In this document: positions 13,189-26,372 of the stretch, in pieces | How positions within the stretch are numbered: the first letter of the stretch is position 1 | Layout: each line of letters begins with the position of its first letter | Origin: Podarcis erhardii | Taxonomy: Eukaryota | NCBI GenBank assembly: GCA_964252035.1 | Contig: OZ176203.1 | Length of the DNA stretch: 64,000 nucleotides | Direction: 5' to 3' (one strand) | The notes under the pieces: generated by a model | Database searches by the model: none | The model's input: the letters and a program-made list of their open reading frames with translations, nothing else | Told to the model about the DNA's origin: nothing | Made by a program: the position numbers and the translations under genes

Positions 13189-16100
13189 GTCAGTTGTGCT
13201 CGCTTTCTCTACCATCCTTTTTCTTCACTATCTTTATAGTCAGTAAGGTGCTACCTTTCCTTTAAACAAACTCTGTTCTGATTCCTTTTCTTGACAACCT
13301 GATGCACCAGACTTGGCAGGCTAGCTTGTTACCTTTCCGCTCCTAAACTGCTTTGTGTTGGGCACAAGACTGTAAAGGGTTGGGCACAACCCTGTAAAGT
13401 TATTGTCATAGTACTAGTTGATGTATGGACATAATTGAACTGTGAAGAGATGGATGCACAAACTGATTACTCTCACTAGCTTAGAAACATAGTCTTTTGT
13501 ATACAGGCTAGGTTGAAACAGGGTAGACTTGGAGCGATTACTAGTTTATCGTGTTTTGGGTAAATTGAGTTCTATTTGCAGAACACTCTGCTAGAGGCAG
13601 TTCCTCCTGTAGCTACTAGGGAGTTGAGGGACCTTCTGGAACACCATGGGAAGTGTTGTTGGAGGCCTCGGGGGGGGGGGGGACTTCAAAAATTGCTCTC
13701 CTTTCCTCCAGCAGGAACCTCTGCTGGATCTGAGATGTTTCTCAGAAGGGCATGCATGTCTGGATCCAACCTCATATGCCAAAGTGGAATAGATGTGAGA
13801 AGTGGGGCGGGGGAGTAAACTCCTTTGCCTTGTTCTGAAGCAAATTTGTTGCGGATTTGAGAGTTCCTCCCATGGAAACTTAGAACCAGCTCTCTTGCAT
13901 ATCACAAGCTGGTTCCTGTAGTATTTTTGTACTGTAAGGATTATTGCATATAAATTCCTGAAACCATGACATTTTGTGAAGGGTTGTCCTCACTGAACAA
14001 TTCAGATGGTAAACAGCATTTGGTAAACTTTGTGTCTTGCTTGGCTTCACAGATCCCTCCTGGGAGGAAGTTGGTTTAACATTAGATCACAGATTTGGCT
14101 GTGAATGGTTTTTAGGCAGATGCCAGCTGATTTCTGCAATGGTTTTTGCCTTTACACAAAATATAAGCCCCTTTCTTGGTTCACATGGTCCTGTTTGCCC
14201 TACAGAATTGCAAGTCTCATTGAATCTTTCAGATTTATAGCTTAAAGTCAACTGGCTGTTCTCATCCTGCAAGGTTCTAATAAAGGAAGTCCCCAGGTGC
14301 ACAATGTTTGCATGCAGTTGTTTGATGGAGCCAGCCTTGGGAGCTCTTCAGTCTGTGAAATCACATTATTCCAGGAATTAGGAAGGCAACCAAGACAACA
14401 CTTTGACTGCATTGCCCTCTACTGTTTCAGAGTAATCACTGCAATGGCATGCTTTCCCCCACCCCTCTTTTTGGAGTTCTCTTGTAGCTCTGAGGCCCAG
14501 CTCTCCAATGGGTTTTATTGTGATAAAACATTTTTAGGTTTATTAGGACCTACATACACTTTATTCTAGACAAATAGTACACATTATCTAAGTTACATTT
14601 TGATAAAACTCAGTAAGAATTAGAAATAACTCTGAAACTATAGAATAGCATTTGAGACCGCATTGAAAAACACTAGATTTGGAACAAGTTTCTCTCCGTC
14701 TCCCCTCTCTCATCTTGATGCTTTGGTTGATGGTAGCTGGATTTGAAGCCAATGCATAGTCACTGCCATTTCTTCTGTCTGCAGACAAATCCAGACACTC
14801 CTGATTTCATTCCATCACAATTGGAATGAAATCTTGCTTGAGAGACTTGGGTTGACAGTGGAAAACATTGACCTTGTCTGACATGTGTTAAAAATACGCA
14901 GTGATAGCTCATGGTGCATTGTTGAATAAGAAATGGAACTTTTAGTAAGCTGGTTAGTGCTCTTATGTGAAACAGCACATTTAATAATAGCGTTTAAACT
15001 TCTGAACTCTCCCAAGCTGTTCAGCTTTGCTTCATATATGCATCACAGGGTAACTGTTCTATTTGTTGGGATTCCAACCATTAGGTAGCTGGAGGGTGTA
15101 CATTTTTGCACAGGCAAGTTTGTTCTCTCTACTATTTGTTGTATTTATGAAATTGAGCCTTTTTTTTTTAAAGGCACTTGCTCTCTTCCTGGTCTCTCTG
15201 TGAGCCAGGTCCTCCCTCCTTTGTCTCAGCAGGAGGCATTGCTGAATGGCATGAAACATGCATGGATGTTTGGAGCTACTATGGCTGGTAGGGATGTCAA
15301 GGGGCATTATCCAGTTAGTGCCTGTCATTCTATTCTTGAGAGATTCTGGTGTTCTGCACACAAAAAACCAGGCATAGTAGTTGCATTTCCTGGGCGTAAA
15401 ATAGTTTTTCTAGTAGTTGTGATGATAATGAGCTGTCCAGATTGCTGAGAAACTGGGATTTAGCAGGGAAAGTAGCATTTTGTTGAGATTCTGACACCTG
15501 GGCTCTCAAAAAGCAAATGGCTTGAAGGATCCAGTATGAAAATAACCTCTCCTCTTCCCTTTCCTGCAGTTTTTTTTATTAGTTCTTCCTCTTCGTTGAT
15601 TTGTCTGAATACCCTGATTCATATAATTATTTTGTAACAAGGTCTGAAATTCAGTTTATGGTAATACAGTGTGTATTTCGTGCATAACTGCAGATTATAG
15701 TACCATCCTTGTAAGTACTTATGGGACTAGTGTTACTAGGAGAAAGTAGATCTAGTCCCTGATGTACACACACTCAAGCTTCATTTATGCAGAAAGACCA
15801 TTGATGGACTGGGCTGTGTAGTTGCTATTGCTGTTATGGCTTGCTATTGTCCCAGCGATTTATTTATTTAAAATTTTATATCCTACGCTTTTAGTGCCTA
15901 CCACACGGGACAGCTCACAGCAACTTCATTGCAATACAGTTGTCTTAGTGGATTCAAGAGGGGACCAGAGTCCACTCCTTCTAGGGATGTGTGCTTTTCT
16001 CTGAGCATTTGGTATATTGGCAGAGAAGCCAGTGGGGGTGAACTTGTGGGATTATGATTGATGCCTCTTAAGTCAGAACCCTCTTCGTCCAATGTAAGAG

Positions 16101-16579
16101 TGTCACAGCATCTTGAAGGCTTGGTTGTACTCAGATACCTGGACTTTGTGGTACACAAGTGTTGTCCTTGTGTGTGGCTGAAAATGAATTTCCTGTTGTG
16201 TATAGTGTAGGGTAACGTGTGTGCCATCGAGAATGAAGCACTAAATAAACTGCAGACAGCCTGATTATGGAGCAGTTGCCTTGTGGTATATTGATGTACT
16301 GTGGTGTGCTTGAGAGAGGGGTGAGGGAGCGAAGGAGGGGCACAGTTCCCTTTTTCAGGGCTGGGGGAAAAGCGCTCTGCCTGAGGACAGCTGCTGCCAA
16401 TCAGAGTAGACAGTAATACAGGGCCAGATTAACCAGTGATATTATTTGATATAAATAAGTTTCATATGGTCAAATTGGCATTTAACCCAGACCCAACAGG
16501 AAGCTGTTGAGTGAAACTTCCAAAGTATTCTAGGCAAGAGAACTAGTTGTTAAAGGCTAACTTGTATTTATTTATTTAG

Positions 16580-16840
16580 GTGGTGCACCCCCTTCAACGG
16601 TTAGCCAGGCTGCTCCTGTGACTCTTCCTGGAAATCTTCCTTCTAGCAGTCCATACACAATGCCCCCAGAGCCTACTCTCTCTCAAAATCCTCTCTCCAT
16701 CATGATGTCCCGGATGTCCAAGTTTGCAATGCCCAGTTCTACTCCACTCTACCATGACGCTATCAAGACTGTAGCTTCCTCAGATGATGACTCTCCTCCA
16801 GCACGTTCCCCAAACCTGCCACCTATGAACAATCTTTCGG
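16580..16840 (+). CDS. BCL9: BCL9 coding exon 6
   Basis: tttatttag|GT GGT GCA; PEPTLSQNPLSIMMSRMSKFAMPSSTPLYHDAIKTVASSDDDSPPARSPNLP; donor G|gtaaga; 261 nt. Confidence 0.97.
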
Positions 16841-18445
16841 GTAAGAAACAATTCTGTATAGGTGTGCTGTGGCTGGTAGCATGTGGTTTGGAGAATATCA
16901 TAGGGAGAAGCTAATGAAATTGCAACTTGCATGTGGAAAAACAGTGACACACTGAAATAGCCTCACTGAAATTGAGTTGTCAGGAACTACTCACCTAGGA
17001 TGGACAGCATAAGGTGTGGGCAGCAAACAGCCTGTGTAACTTAACCCAAGTGTTTGGCAGGAGGCTGCTGATGTAGGCAGTTACATAAATTATCATACCC
17101 TTCTCTCTTTTTTCACAATTTTAACTTTCCAACAGTAGTTATCCACATTGAAAATGGAGCATTGTGACTTGCAAGTATAGCGCAAACTATTACATCAAGT
17201 ATAATTTGTGAAAAAAGACTAGGGATTATGTCTCTGTGTGTCTCTAGTGATCACGTTTTATCATAGCTTACATGAGTCACTTGCCAGTCTAAGAATCATT
17301 CTGATATTGATGTAGTGTGTTCTGTGACTTGCTTGTGGCTGTTTCAGTTGGGTCTTTCTTAGAACCCAGAAACAAGTTCTACCCAAGGAAGTGAGAAATG
17401 ATGTCAGATTTTGTTTGACTCCAATTGGATTAAGAGGAGTTTTAAAAGCTGTTGAGTTTATGTCAAGATGACTTAGAAGAGTGACAACTTCTCTTCTTCC
17501 CAGTAAGGTGTTGAGGCTTAGATTAAGTGTGTCCAGGTTCTTGATTCAGGTTCCAGGATGGTTAAACTTTAGGTGGTAGTACTTCTATTTTGAAAAAGCA
17601 CACCTTTGCTCTTTTAACCAACCTGATGGAAATAGTGAGATAAATCGCTTCAAGTGACTAGAATCCTACAACAGTGAAATGTAGTGAGATGGTTGTGGAA
17701 GATTTGGAGCTTAGCTGTGCCAAGCAATTCCAGAATTACACCCTCTGCCTCTGTTCTGGACCCCCTCTTTTTGTAGGTAATGTTATTCCTGGAGACCTTT
17801 CCTATAACCGCCTTCTCCTTTAGTGGCTTCTTGTAGAAGGATTTGGAGTAAACTTGCATCGTTTTCCCTTCTAGAGAAGGGTTAAATTCCATTGTTCTGC
17901 TGTTGTATCAGTCACCTATGGAATACTTCAAGGAAAAGACCAAATTGTTACCCCCATTCTTTTTAAGCTTGCGTAATACTTCTGATTCACCCTGGTGAAA
18001 ATGGAGGATGTTTTCTAGGGCATACTTGGGGCTTCCCTTGTCCTCTGTGAACCCTTGATCATGCCTTATTACAGTGTGACCGGGTTGCCTTGGCAGAGAA
18101 GTCAACAGTGGAAAAGGTTCCCTCATTTCAGCAATTGTTGTTACCTTCACCAGCATGAAACCTCCCCTTTGACATTTGTCTTTGTATTGAGAGATTCCAG
18201 TATGTGCAACGGTCTCTGATGGAAAATATATCAGCATTTGGGACAACCTCTTTGTGTTGGTGTGCTTTCGACGTGGTCCTTATTTTATGCGAGGCTGTAG
18301 TATAGCAAGGAGATATTTAGCTATCCATAGATTACTCATTTCCACATTAGAAGTCACGTATGCAGTACTTGCCATTCCTGAAAGCTTTTTGTATTATCAC
18401 CTACTTGCTCTAATCTTAACCTTTCCCCCCTCCCATTCTCTCTAG

Positions 18446-19539
18446 GAATGGGCATTAATCCCCAGAATCCTCGCAGTTCAGGTCCCAACCAGGTGGGCCC
18501 GATGCCAACTCTTAGCCCAATGGGAATGACGCAGCCTCTAACTCACAGTAACCAGATGCCCTCTCCAAATGCTATGGGACCCAGTATACCTCCTCATGGG
18601 GTCCCTGGCCTGATGTCACACAATCCAATGATGGGTCATGGTTCCCAGGATCCACCAATGGTACCTCAAGGACGCCTGGGCTTCCCACAGGGGTTTCCTC
18701 CAGTACAGTCCCCTCCCCAGCAGGTGCCATTTCCACATAATGGACCGAGTGGAGGACAAGGCAACTTCCCAGCTGGAATGAGCTTCCACGGTGAGGGACC
18801 TCTGGGACGTCCCACCAGCATGCCCCAAAGTTCAACGGATCCCGCACTTTGCAAGTCTGGAGGTCCCGGAGGACCCGATTCTTTCACTGTCCTAGGAAAC
18901 AACATGCCTTCAGTTTTTACCGATCCGGAGCTGCAGGAAGTGATTCGCCCTGGAGCTACTGGAATACCAGAATTCGACCTGTCCAGGATTATTCCATCAG
19001 AGAAGCCTAGCCAGACACTACAGTATTTCCCTCGTGGGGAAGTACCGGGCCGCAAGCAGCCACAGGGTGTTGGGCCTGGGTTTTCTCACATGCAGGGAAT
19101 GATGGCAGAACAGAATCCAAGAATGGGGCTGGCGTTAGCTGGCATGGGGGGGCCGGTGGGCGCACCTGATATTTCTCTTGGAGGAGCATCATCCATGCCA
19201 GGTCACAACCCAATGAGACCTCCTGCCTTCCTGCAACAAGGCATGATGGGACCTCACCATCGGATGATGTCACCAGCACAACCAACCATGCCTGGCCAGC
19301 CCACTCTAATGAGCAACCCAGTAGGCATGATTCCAGGCAAGGACCGCGCTCCTACTGGGCTCTACAGCCATCCGGGACCTGTGGGTTCACCTGGTATGAT
19401 GATGTCAATGCAGGGCATGATAGGACCCCAACAGAACATCATGATTCCTCCACAGATGAGACCCCGGGGAATGGCTGCTGATGTAGGAATGGGAGGATTT
19501 AGCCAAGGCCCTGGAAATCCAGGGAACATGATGTTTTAA
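18446..19539 (+). CDS. BCL9: BCL9 last coding exon
   Basis: ctctctag|GA ATG GGC; ends GGFSQGPGNPGNMMF-TAA, the known BCL9 C-terminus. Spliced CDS totals 4245 nt (1414 aa). Confidence 0.98.
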
Positions 19540-20605
19540 GCTGCTACATAAGACTGGATGGTTCGATCCTTGTTGAGATGAGATTCCAGGTCCTGAGGGC
19601 TGCCTGAGAGCTCCAGGAGCACAGTTTGGCCATGCAATAGGTAAAAAAAACAGACTAGAGGATGCTTTGGGAAATCTCGAATGTATGGAATTACCTGAAA
19701 ACAAATGAATTCATTTTAACAGGTTGTTTTTTTAAAATTTATTTTTTAAAAATTATTTTTGTGTACTTGGATATCCTGTGATGGCACCTGCTTTGAGAAT
19801 CTGTAGCTGTATTTTGAGAATTGCCATTTGTCACAAGTTGCACCATTCTCTCTGTATGTTTACGTCCTTTGGACTGGCTTCTCCCAGGACTCTTGGTTAT
19901 TTTGGGGGGGGGGTTATTTTTGTGTACTGTACTATATTGTAAAAGGGATTTTAGCAGAGACTTTAGTCTTTGGGGTGAGAGGCTGTTTACTTTTAGGTGG
20001 AAAATCCATCTTCAGAACTTTGGACTATTTTCCTTCAACTCCAATGTATAGAAAAACCAAACTACGACCTCAGAGCAGAGTATTAATGAAAAGCACAAAT
20101 GGAACTTAAGTTCAGTGAGGGGGAATCTTAAAAAAAAATAAGTTAAGGACATATTTTTCAAATTATGGAGTGCTGTCGAGCACCTTTGTCTCTCCCTCCC
20201 ACTCTTAAAAAAAAAAAAGGCATCTTGCCCCCCCCCCCTTTACTGTCTCCTCCTCTGGCAGCTGCAATACATTGTATTATTTTTGGGGAGTATATGTAGG
20301 AGAGCCCCTTCTCATTCTGAGAGTGTTGCTACTTTCAGGAGGAGGCTGGACTTTGACACTGTTACATTCTACAGTAGTCTTACTGTTCGTTCTCCTTTTC
20401 TTAGGAACCCCCCCCCCCCCCGGTGACTTTATTAATGTGGGAGTGGAACAGACACTAAAAGTTATCCTGACCTTTTTTTGTGGCTATCTTTTTTTTTTGT
20501 TCCCCAGCGTAAAACGTTCTCTGTGTAACCTCCATTAAATTTGGTACAAAACCACTTGCCAGGGCTGTGGTGTCAGAAAAATAAAATATATTGTTTCTTA
20601 CAAAA
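19540..20605 (+). other. BCL9: BCL9 3' UTR with poly(A) signals
   Basis: ATTAAA 20534-20539 and AATAAA 20580-20585; the cleavage site is estimated. Confidence 0.75.
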
Positions 20606-22417
20606 GCCATTTCTTTCCTCCTTTGCTACAGTCTAGCTTGCTTCTAAATATGCCTGTTTGTATCGGGTTGAAAGTGCTTGTCTATATGTGCGTTTCAGAT
20701 CGCATCCTTCTGATAAGGTTTTTATGTTGCACACCAGGTAGGCTGCTTCTTAAACCCCTTTCACCCTCTATCTTGGTGTAGAAGGGCATGGCTGTGCTAC
20801 CGGTCTCACCTTTGTCATGGGGGCAGGTTAGCCTTAACATGGGTGCACAGGTGGAGATCCCCTAGCGGTGAGCAGCTGCTCAGGAACAGAGATACCCACT
20901 CTAGTCAGGCAACTAGAAAGTTATAAAATGTTTACCTTCAGTAATCCAAAATAAGTTTCAGATGAAGATCTCCAACTCCAAAGCCTGAGTACTGATCAAG
21001 CTGTAGGTACTAACTCCCATTTCCTCGGAATCAGTTGTAATACAATCATAGTATCAACTGAATATTTGAACAGCCATGAGTTTGGTATCTGTTTACATTC
21101 CTTAGGAAAGGGCCAGAGAGCAGGAACTAGCACCTTTGTATATAAGAACCCTTGAGACTTCTTACCTCTTTATTTTCAAGTCTGTTTCAACAACTAACCT
21201 CACCTACCCCAGTATTCCTTTGGAAGATCCATATTTGTGATGTGTCAAGTTTTCTCCAGCTACACAAAACAGGTTCTTCCAGGTTGCATTTCCCTTTTAC
21301 TACAGGGAGCAAACTATTACCAACCCTATGTTTCAGGTACAGAGGTTGCTATAGCATTCGCACTGATTCGGGTCGTCAATTTGTATTCCCTATAACCCAC
21401 AGGGCACAACACCAATCTGATTCAACATGCTTCTGTTACAACAAGTAACAGCCATTTTGAATACCCAGGGACTATCCACCTGTCTTGTCTTTGGGTTGGT
21501 TATATTAACATTGCTGCCTGCTTTTAGCATTCAGTCTGACAAAGTGCTTGTATCCAATTACATCTTTCCAGGCTTCTATCGGCCCGCTTCCATGTTTTTG
21601 CATTTTAGCTAACTGTAGCATTTCCACAACAGTTCACCTCTGGCCTACCTAGCCGTATCAAGCAACACTACGGTTATAAAGTGAATATGGCAATAATTAT
21701 AATAAAGCAGCTGGTTGAAGATTCCAAGGAAAGAGACTTTGCCCTGCTAATGGCTGTAGCTTCTGACAGCAGCAAGGCTATATATAGGTGTACTGGAATG
21801 AAAGTTAAGCTCCAGTAAAACACTTTAATTGAGAATTTTGAAAGACTAGTTTAGTGGTTCAGTTTAGCTGCTAAAGGACCACAGGGAACTTAAAACAAAG
21901 AGTAGCACTAGCTTCAGAACACTGAATGTCTTAGTGGAGCTCAAAAGCAAATGTAGCAGTAGGTACAGAGTGCTTGGTGTCCAATTAATGTTCTCTTACT
22001 GACAGGCAATTTTCAGGAACCCCTCTGTTTCCAGGTTGGGATCTTTTGGAGCAGCTTTGGCTAGGGGCAGGGATTATTTAAAATTGCCTTACCTTCCCTT
22101 TTCACTGGTGTATGCCATCTGTCAGCAGAGGGCCATCACTTGGCTGCCATCTGCAAGATTCCATTAATTTGAAAAACTGGGTTACAGTAACAACTTTTTG
22201 GATATTAAGCCACCACCAACTCTTACCGCAGCCAGGGACCCAATTTCCAAAATGTAGCAGCAGCATTCATCCCTGTTATACTTTACATTACTTGAACTGT
22301 CCTGTTAGCAAAGTTAAACCACAAGTGAATGACACTTTTCTTTATGGCGTTTGAAAAGACAAATGTTGTGAATAATGTTTTAGTATTACTAATCATTTAT
22401 CTGTTCTACATCTCTTA

Positions 22418-22531
22418 TCACTGAGAGCAAAGCATTTTATATTCCTCTGGATTAGCACTGTAAATTGAAAGGGCATTTAGAAAATCCTCCAGCGGACAGA
22501 GACCAGCTCTGCATCCTCTTGGAACCAGCTC
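22418..22531 (-). CDS. ACP6: ACP6 exon 10
   Basis: tctttccgcag|GAG CTG GTT; [40 protein letters not shown]; 114 nt. Confidence 0.93.
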   Translation of the reverse strand, partial: ELVPRGCRAGLCPLEDFLNALSIYSANPEEYKMLCSQ

Positions 22532-22960
22532 CTGCGGAAAGACAAGACAAATCAACATTTACGTCACCAAAAAACTGCCATTACAAGAGGCCATTGGGCA
22601 AAAAAAATAATATCTCGTACACTTTGTGGTCCTCCAGATTCTATTAGACTCCTAATAGTATCAGTCAGTGGTCAGAGATGATGGAATTTGTAGTCTAGTA
22701 ACAACTAGAGGGCCAGAGTCCTGATATCCTGATATACAGCATCACTACTGCCTTGCAAAGAGAAGAGAGTTGCTTTAAAAGTTACCAAAAGGTAGCTTGA
22801 AACAGGTATGAGATCCCTGCATTCCAGATTCAGTGATTTATCTGTTAACAGCCTTTGTATTTAGATGTGGTGCAAGCTAGAGTATGGAATTTGCCTCCTG
22901 CCCAAATCTCACTTGAGGTCCCGTTTATATGTGTAACATCATCACCATGGAGCCTCCTAC

Positions 22961-23120
22961 CTCTCCATTGTAGAGCAGCCGTATAAACCAGTCCTTGGAA
23001 CGCTGGTAGAGTTCTATTGTCATGTCTGCTGCGTATGGAGGCCACTTGGAATCAAAGACCCCCAGAGCCAGTAGCAGTGGGAAGAGGGTAACATCGTGAA
23101 TAGCATACAGAGCAAGCTTT
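22961..23120 (-). CDS. ACP6: ACP6 exon 9 (HD catalytic motif)
   Basis: ttattttag|A AAG CTT; [53 protein letters not shown]; donor |gtagga; 160 nt. Confidence 0.96.
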
Positions 23121-23571
23121 CTAAAATAAAAGAAGAAGCGACCAATAATTCAGTCTTACTGATGACATACATTGTGTATAGCAGCCATTGCAGCTGCATT
23201 TTCCATTTACACTGAATCTCAAGTCAGTTGGTAGATGTAATAAGCTAAATTGAGAATTATCAGGGTAATAGCATTCCTTCCTCTCCTTTTTGTTCTGTCT
23301 TCCACATGCGAGCACCTAGTTTGTATTTGTTCATATGAAACTGCTTTTGTGAGCCAAGTTCTACATAACTCCCGTTTAAAGTTAGGATATTTACAAGTCA
23401 CCTTTACCCAGTTAAAAATATATACACAAATCTTAAATGGTGCAATTGTCACTGTTCCATCAACTCCTGCTCCCCTTGATTTGTCCCATTTCCCCTTTCA
23501 ATGTTTTTAGCTTGTAGATGCTGCTCAATGGGATGTTCTGCCAAAACCGTAAATACCAATAATCTACATAC

Positions 23572-23667
23572 CTGGCCTTGATTTCAGGAGAGGAAGGGTT
23601 CATTGCCGCCTTAATGTTCTTCTCTATTATATTGAGTAGAGGACCAACTGACATCTTGAGAGTCTCT
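23572..23667 (-). CDS. ACP6: ACP6 exon 8
   Basis: ctgactag|A GAG ACT; ETLKMSVGPLLNIIEKNIKAAMNPSSPEIKA; donor AG|gtatgt; 96 nt. Confidence 0.93.
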
Positions 23668-23933
23668 CTAGTCAGAAATATAACAAAACAGAGATCCATT
23701 TTTTTAAAAAAATGTTTCTAACAAGAGTTGCAACATCTTTTTAACAGTTCTAGATAACTGGCAGAACTTAATCGGAACAGGAGCAGGTTTAAAAGTAAAG
23801 GTCCCTGGCTAGCAGGGACACACATGACTAGTCTGTACAAGAAGTCCATGTTTTAAAACAGAAGAGTGATTCTGTGTTTTGTCTTGCAGATATCCCCAGG
23901 CTTACCACCCATACCATCCCTGGGACTGCTCAC

Positions 23934-24034
23934 CTTAAATTCGATTTTGTGACATAAAGGAGTGAGTCTATAGCCCTCTGCTCGATCAGTTCCATGAAAC
24001 TCTTCAGAATAGGGCAACTAGGCAAATCGTGTGC
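23934..24034 (-). CDS. ACP6: ACP6 exon 7
   Basis: gtcttttag|GCA CAC GAT; [33 protein letters not shown]; donor AG|gtgagc; 101 nt. Confidence 0.94.
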
Positions 24035-24550
24035 CTAAAAGACAGCATAGTGTGAATTAAAAGAACAACTCTAAGGCTGCAGTGACAAATGGCACCACTA
24101 CTTTAGATCAGGCATGGACATACATGTGCTTATCGTTAGATATCTTAACATGGACATGCACTTGAACAAGTTGTGTTAGACAAGGAACTAGGCCATTCCT
24201 CTAAGTCTAAAGACGAAGAACAATATTACAATAAGCAAGTGAGTGATTCCCTTTAAAAACGACAACAAGCCTTTAGTTTTAACTTGAACAACCTGAAAAC
24301 ATCTTCATGTAGTGGACAGATTTCAGTTCAAGACATATGAATGGTCCCATTCATATGTCTTGATTACCATTTCCTCCCATGTCTTATGTTACCTACTACA
24401 ATACTGGCTGCCACAGTCAGGCAACGTAATTACCTGAAATGGCACAATCTTCATTTTGTTTGTTTATTTAACAAATTTATATACTGCTTACTTCAAAAAG
24501 AAAGACCCAAGCAGTTTACAAAAGCAATATAAAAACCAAACAGCAAGTTA

Positions 24551-24907
24551 CCGTATATACTCGTGTATAAGCCGACCTTTTCAGCACATTTTTTATGCTG
24601 AAAAAGCTCTCCTTGGCTTATACTCGAGTGAGGGTCCCCTTTGCCACTGTCGGAGGCGGCGGAGGAACAAGCAGCCCGAAAGCAGCCCTTTCTGGCTGCT
24701 CCTTCCTCCGCCGCCTTTGCCACTGTCAGTTTTCTGCTTATTTGCCTGTTAGTCGCCATCTACACGCACACACACTCCGGCCCATCAGGAGGTTTGTGGT
24801 GTGGTGAACTGGCTTATACTCGAGCCAATAAATTTTCCCAGTTTTTTTGTGGTAAAATTAGGTGCCTCGGCTTATATTCGGGTCAGCTTATACTCAAGTA
24901 TATACGG
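24551..24907. mobile_element. Tc1/mariner-superfamily (Tc2/pogo-like) MITE, 357 bp
   Basis: TA|CCGTATATACTCGTGTATAAGCCGAC ... GTCAGCTTATACTCAAGTATATACGG|TA: 26-bp TIR (23/26) with TA duplication; internal GCTTATACTCGAG repeats. Confidence 0.9.
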
Positions 24908-24950
24908 TACATTAAAAAATTAAAATATAAAACCAGTAATTTTAAAACAA

Positions 24951-25090
24951 TTGCATAATGGGTCAGTGCATCTGGCTGTTAACCAGAAGGTTGGTGGTTC
25001 GAGCCCACCCTGGGACAGCGGTGGGCAGGATTCCTGCATTGCAGGGGTTGGACTTGATGAATCCCAGGACCCCTTTCCAACCATATGAGA
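24951..25090 (+). mobile_element. SINE with tRNA-Asn(GTT)-derived head and CR1-LINE-like tail
   Basis: GGCTGTTAACC anticodon arm (GTT 24978-24980) and B box GGTTCGAGCCC 24996-25006, followed by a ggggttggacttgatg...cccttccaac-type CR1 3' tail; no intact acceptor stem. Confidence 0.8.
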
Positions 25091-26372
25091 CAGGATCAGA
25101 AGGACAACAGCAGGATAGGGGAAAGTTTACAATGAGGAACCTGGGTTTCATTACATTTCATTTCCTACAAGTTTTAAGTATTCAGTTCAGTGAGTTCAGT
25201 TCAGTTCAGTTGTACAAAAATGGCTTTCAAATTCGGCTGCAGGAAACCCTGGGGTGGTTAGAAGCATCTCGGAGAAAGAAGCTCCATAATGACGTTGCAC
25301 AGCTTTTTCAGACAAATCCATAAAGAAAGGGAGCCCTGAACGTTGCACACATTTTTATTGCTGTTAAATGCTTTGCTTTTACTGATTGATAATTATACTG
25401 GTTTATGCAGCTAGAGCATTATTTTTCCTATTACAACATTTCTAGCCTACTCTATATCTATTGATCTCAGGATAAGATATAACAACAAAACAATCCTTGG
25501 CCACTTAAAAGCCTAAGCAACTGTAATAGTCATGTTCAACATACAGTATTCAGTATTCCCTCTGCTGTAACTGATGTAACCCCTTAAAATGTCTTTGCAT
25601 GCAAGCTTTTCCCACATCCAGTTTAATCTTTAGTGCCAAACCTGAGATAAAGTGGAGTAGCAGGCCTTTGCCAATATCCCACCTTGGACCACTTAGTCTG
25701 GCTAGGTCTAACTCGGTATGTGTTATCTGTTCATATGATGCACTGGGGATCAATCTAATATTGGGAGCACAGATACATCCTAAGGAGGGAATTACAGAAT
25801 TGGGCCCAACCCCTGATATGCTAACTGCTTCATGTAACCTACTTCTGTGTCATCATGTAAGATCTATTAAGAGAAATTCAGTCGATTAAATAATTATACA
25901 AGCTACTTTGGAGATTTTCATAAGCAACAACAGCAAGAAAGAGCTTATCTATTTTGCCAGTGTAATAGGCAACAATTTTTGGGGGGATGGAGAGAAAGAT
26001 AAAAAGGAAATGTTAAACAATTAAGCCAAAAGACAAAAAATGTGACATTTGAGGAGGGAGTTGAAGGAAGACACATAGTTTCCTCTCCTGCCAGAGCTGT
26101 CTTGGCCATTTTCCGATTTGCAACAAGAGCTACTCTGCTGAATAGTTGCTAGCACAGAAATAGTGAACACGTGGCCTTCCATACATTGCTTGACTACAAC
26201 TCCCATCATCCCTGGGCATGGGGTATTCGGGCTTGGGCTAATGGGAGCTGGAGCCCATCAGCACCTGGGCTGCCACACTGCTCTACTTCAGCACAGCTTC
26301 TCTCACAGATCTGCATGAATCAACTTGGATGGCTAAAGAAAACAGGCTTGTTCCTACAAAGGCACAGCGTAC

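Noticed and set aside
24951-25018. Functional tRNA-Asn gene
   Set aside because: The 5' acceptor strand is missing, the D arm is degenerate, and it runs into a CR1 tail instead of a T-run terminator.
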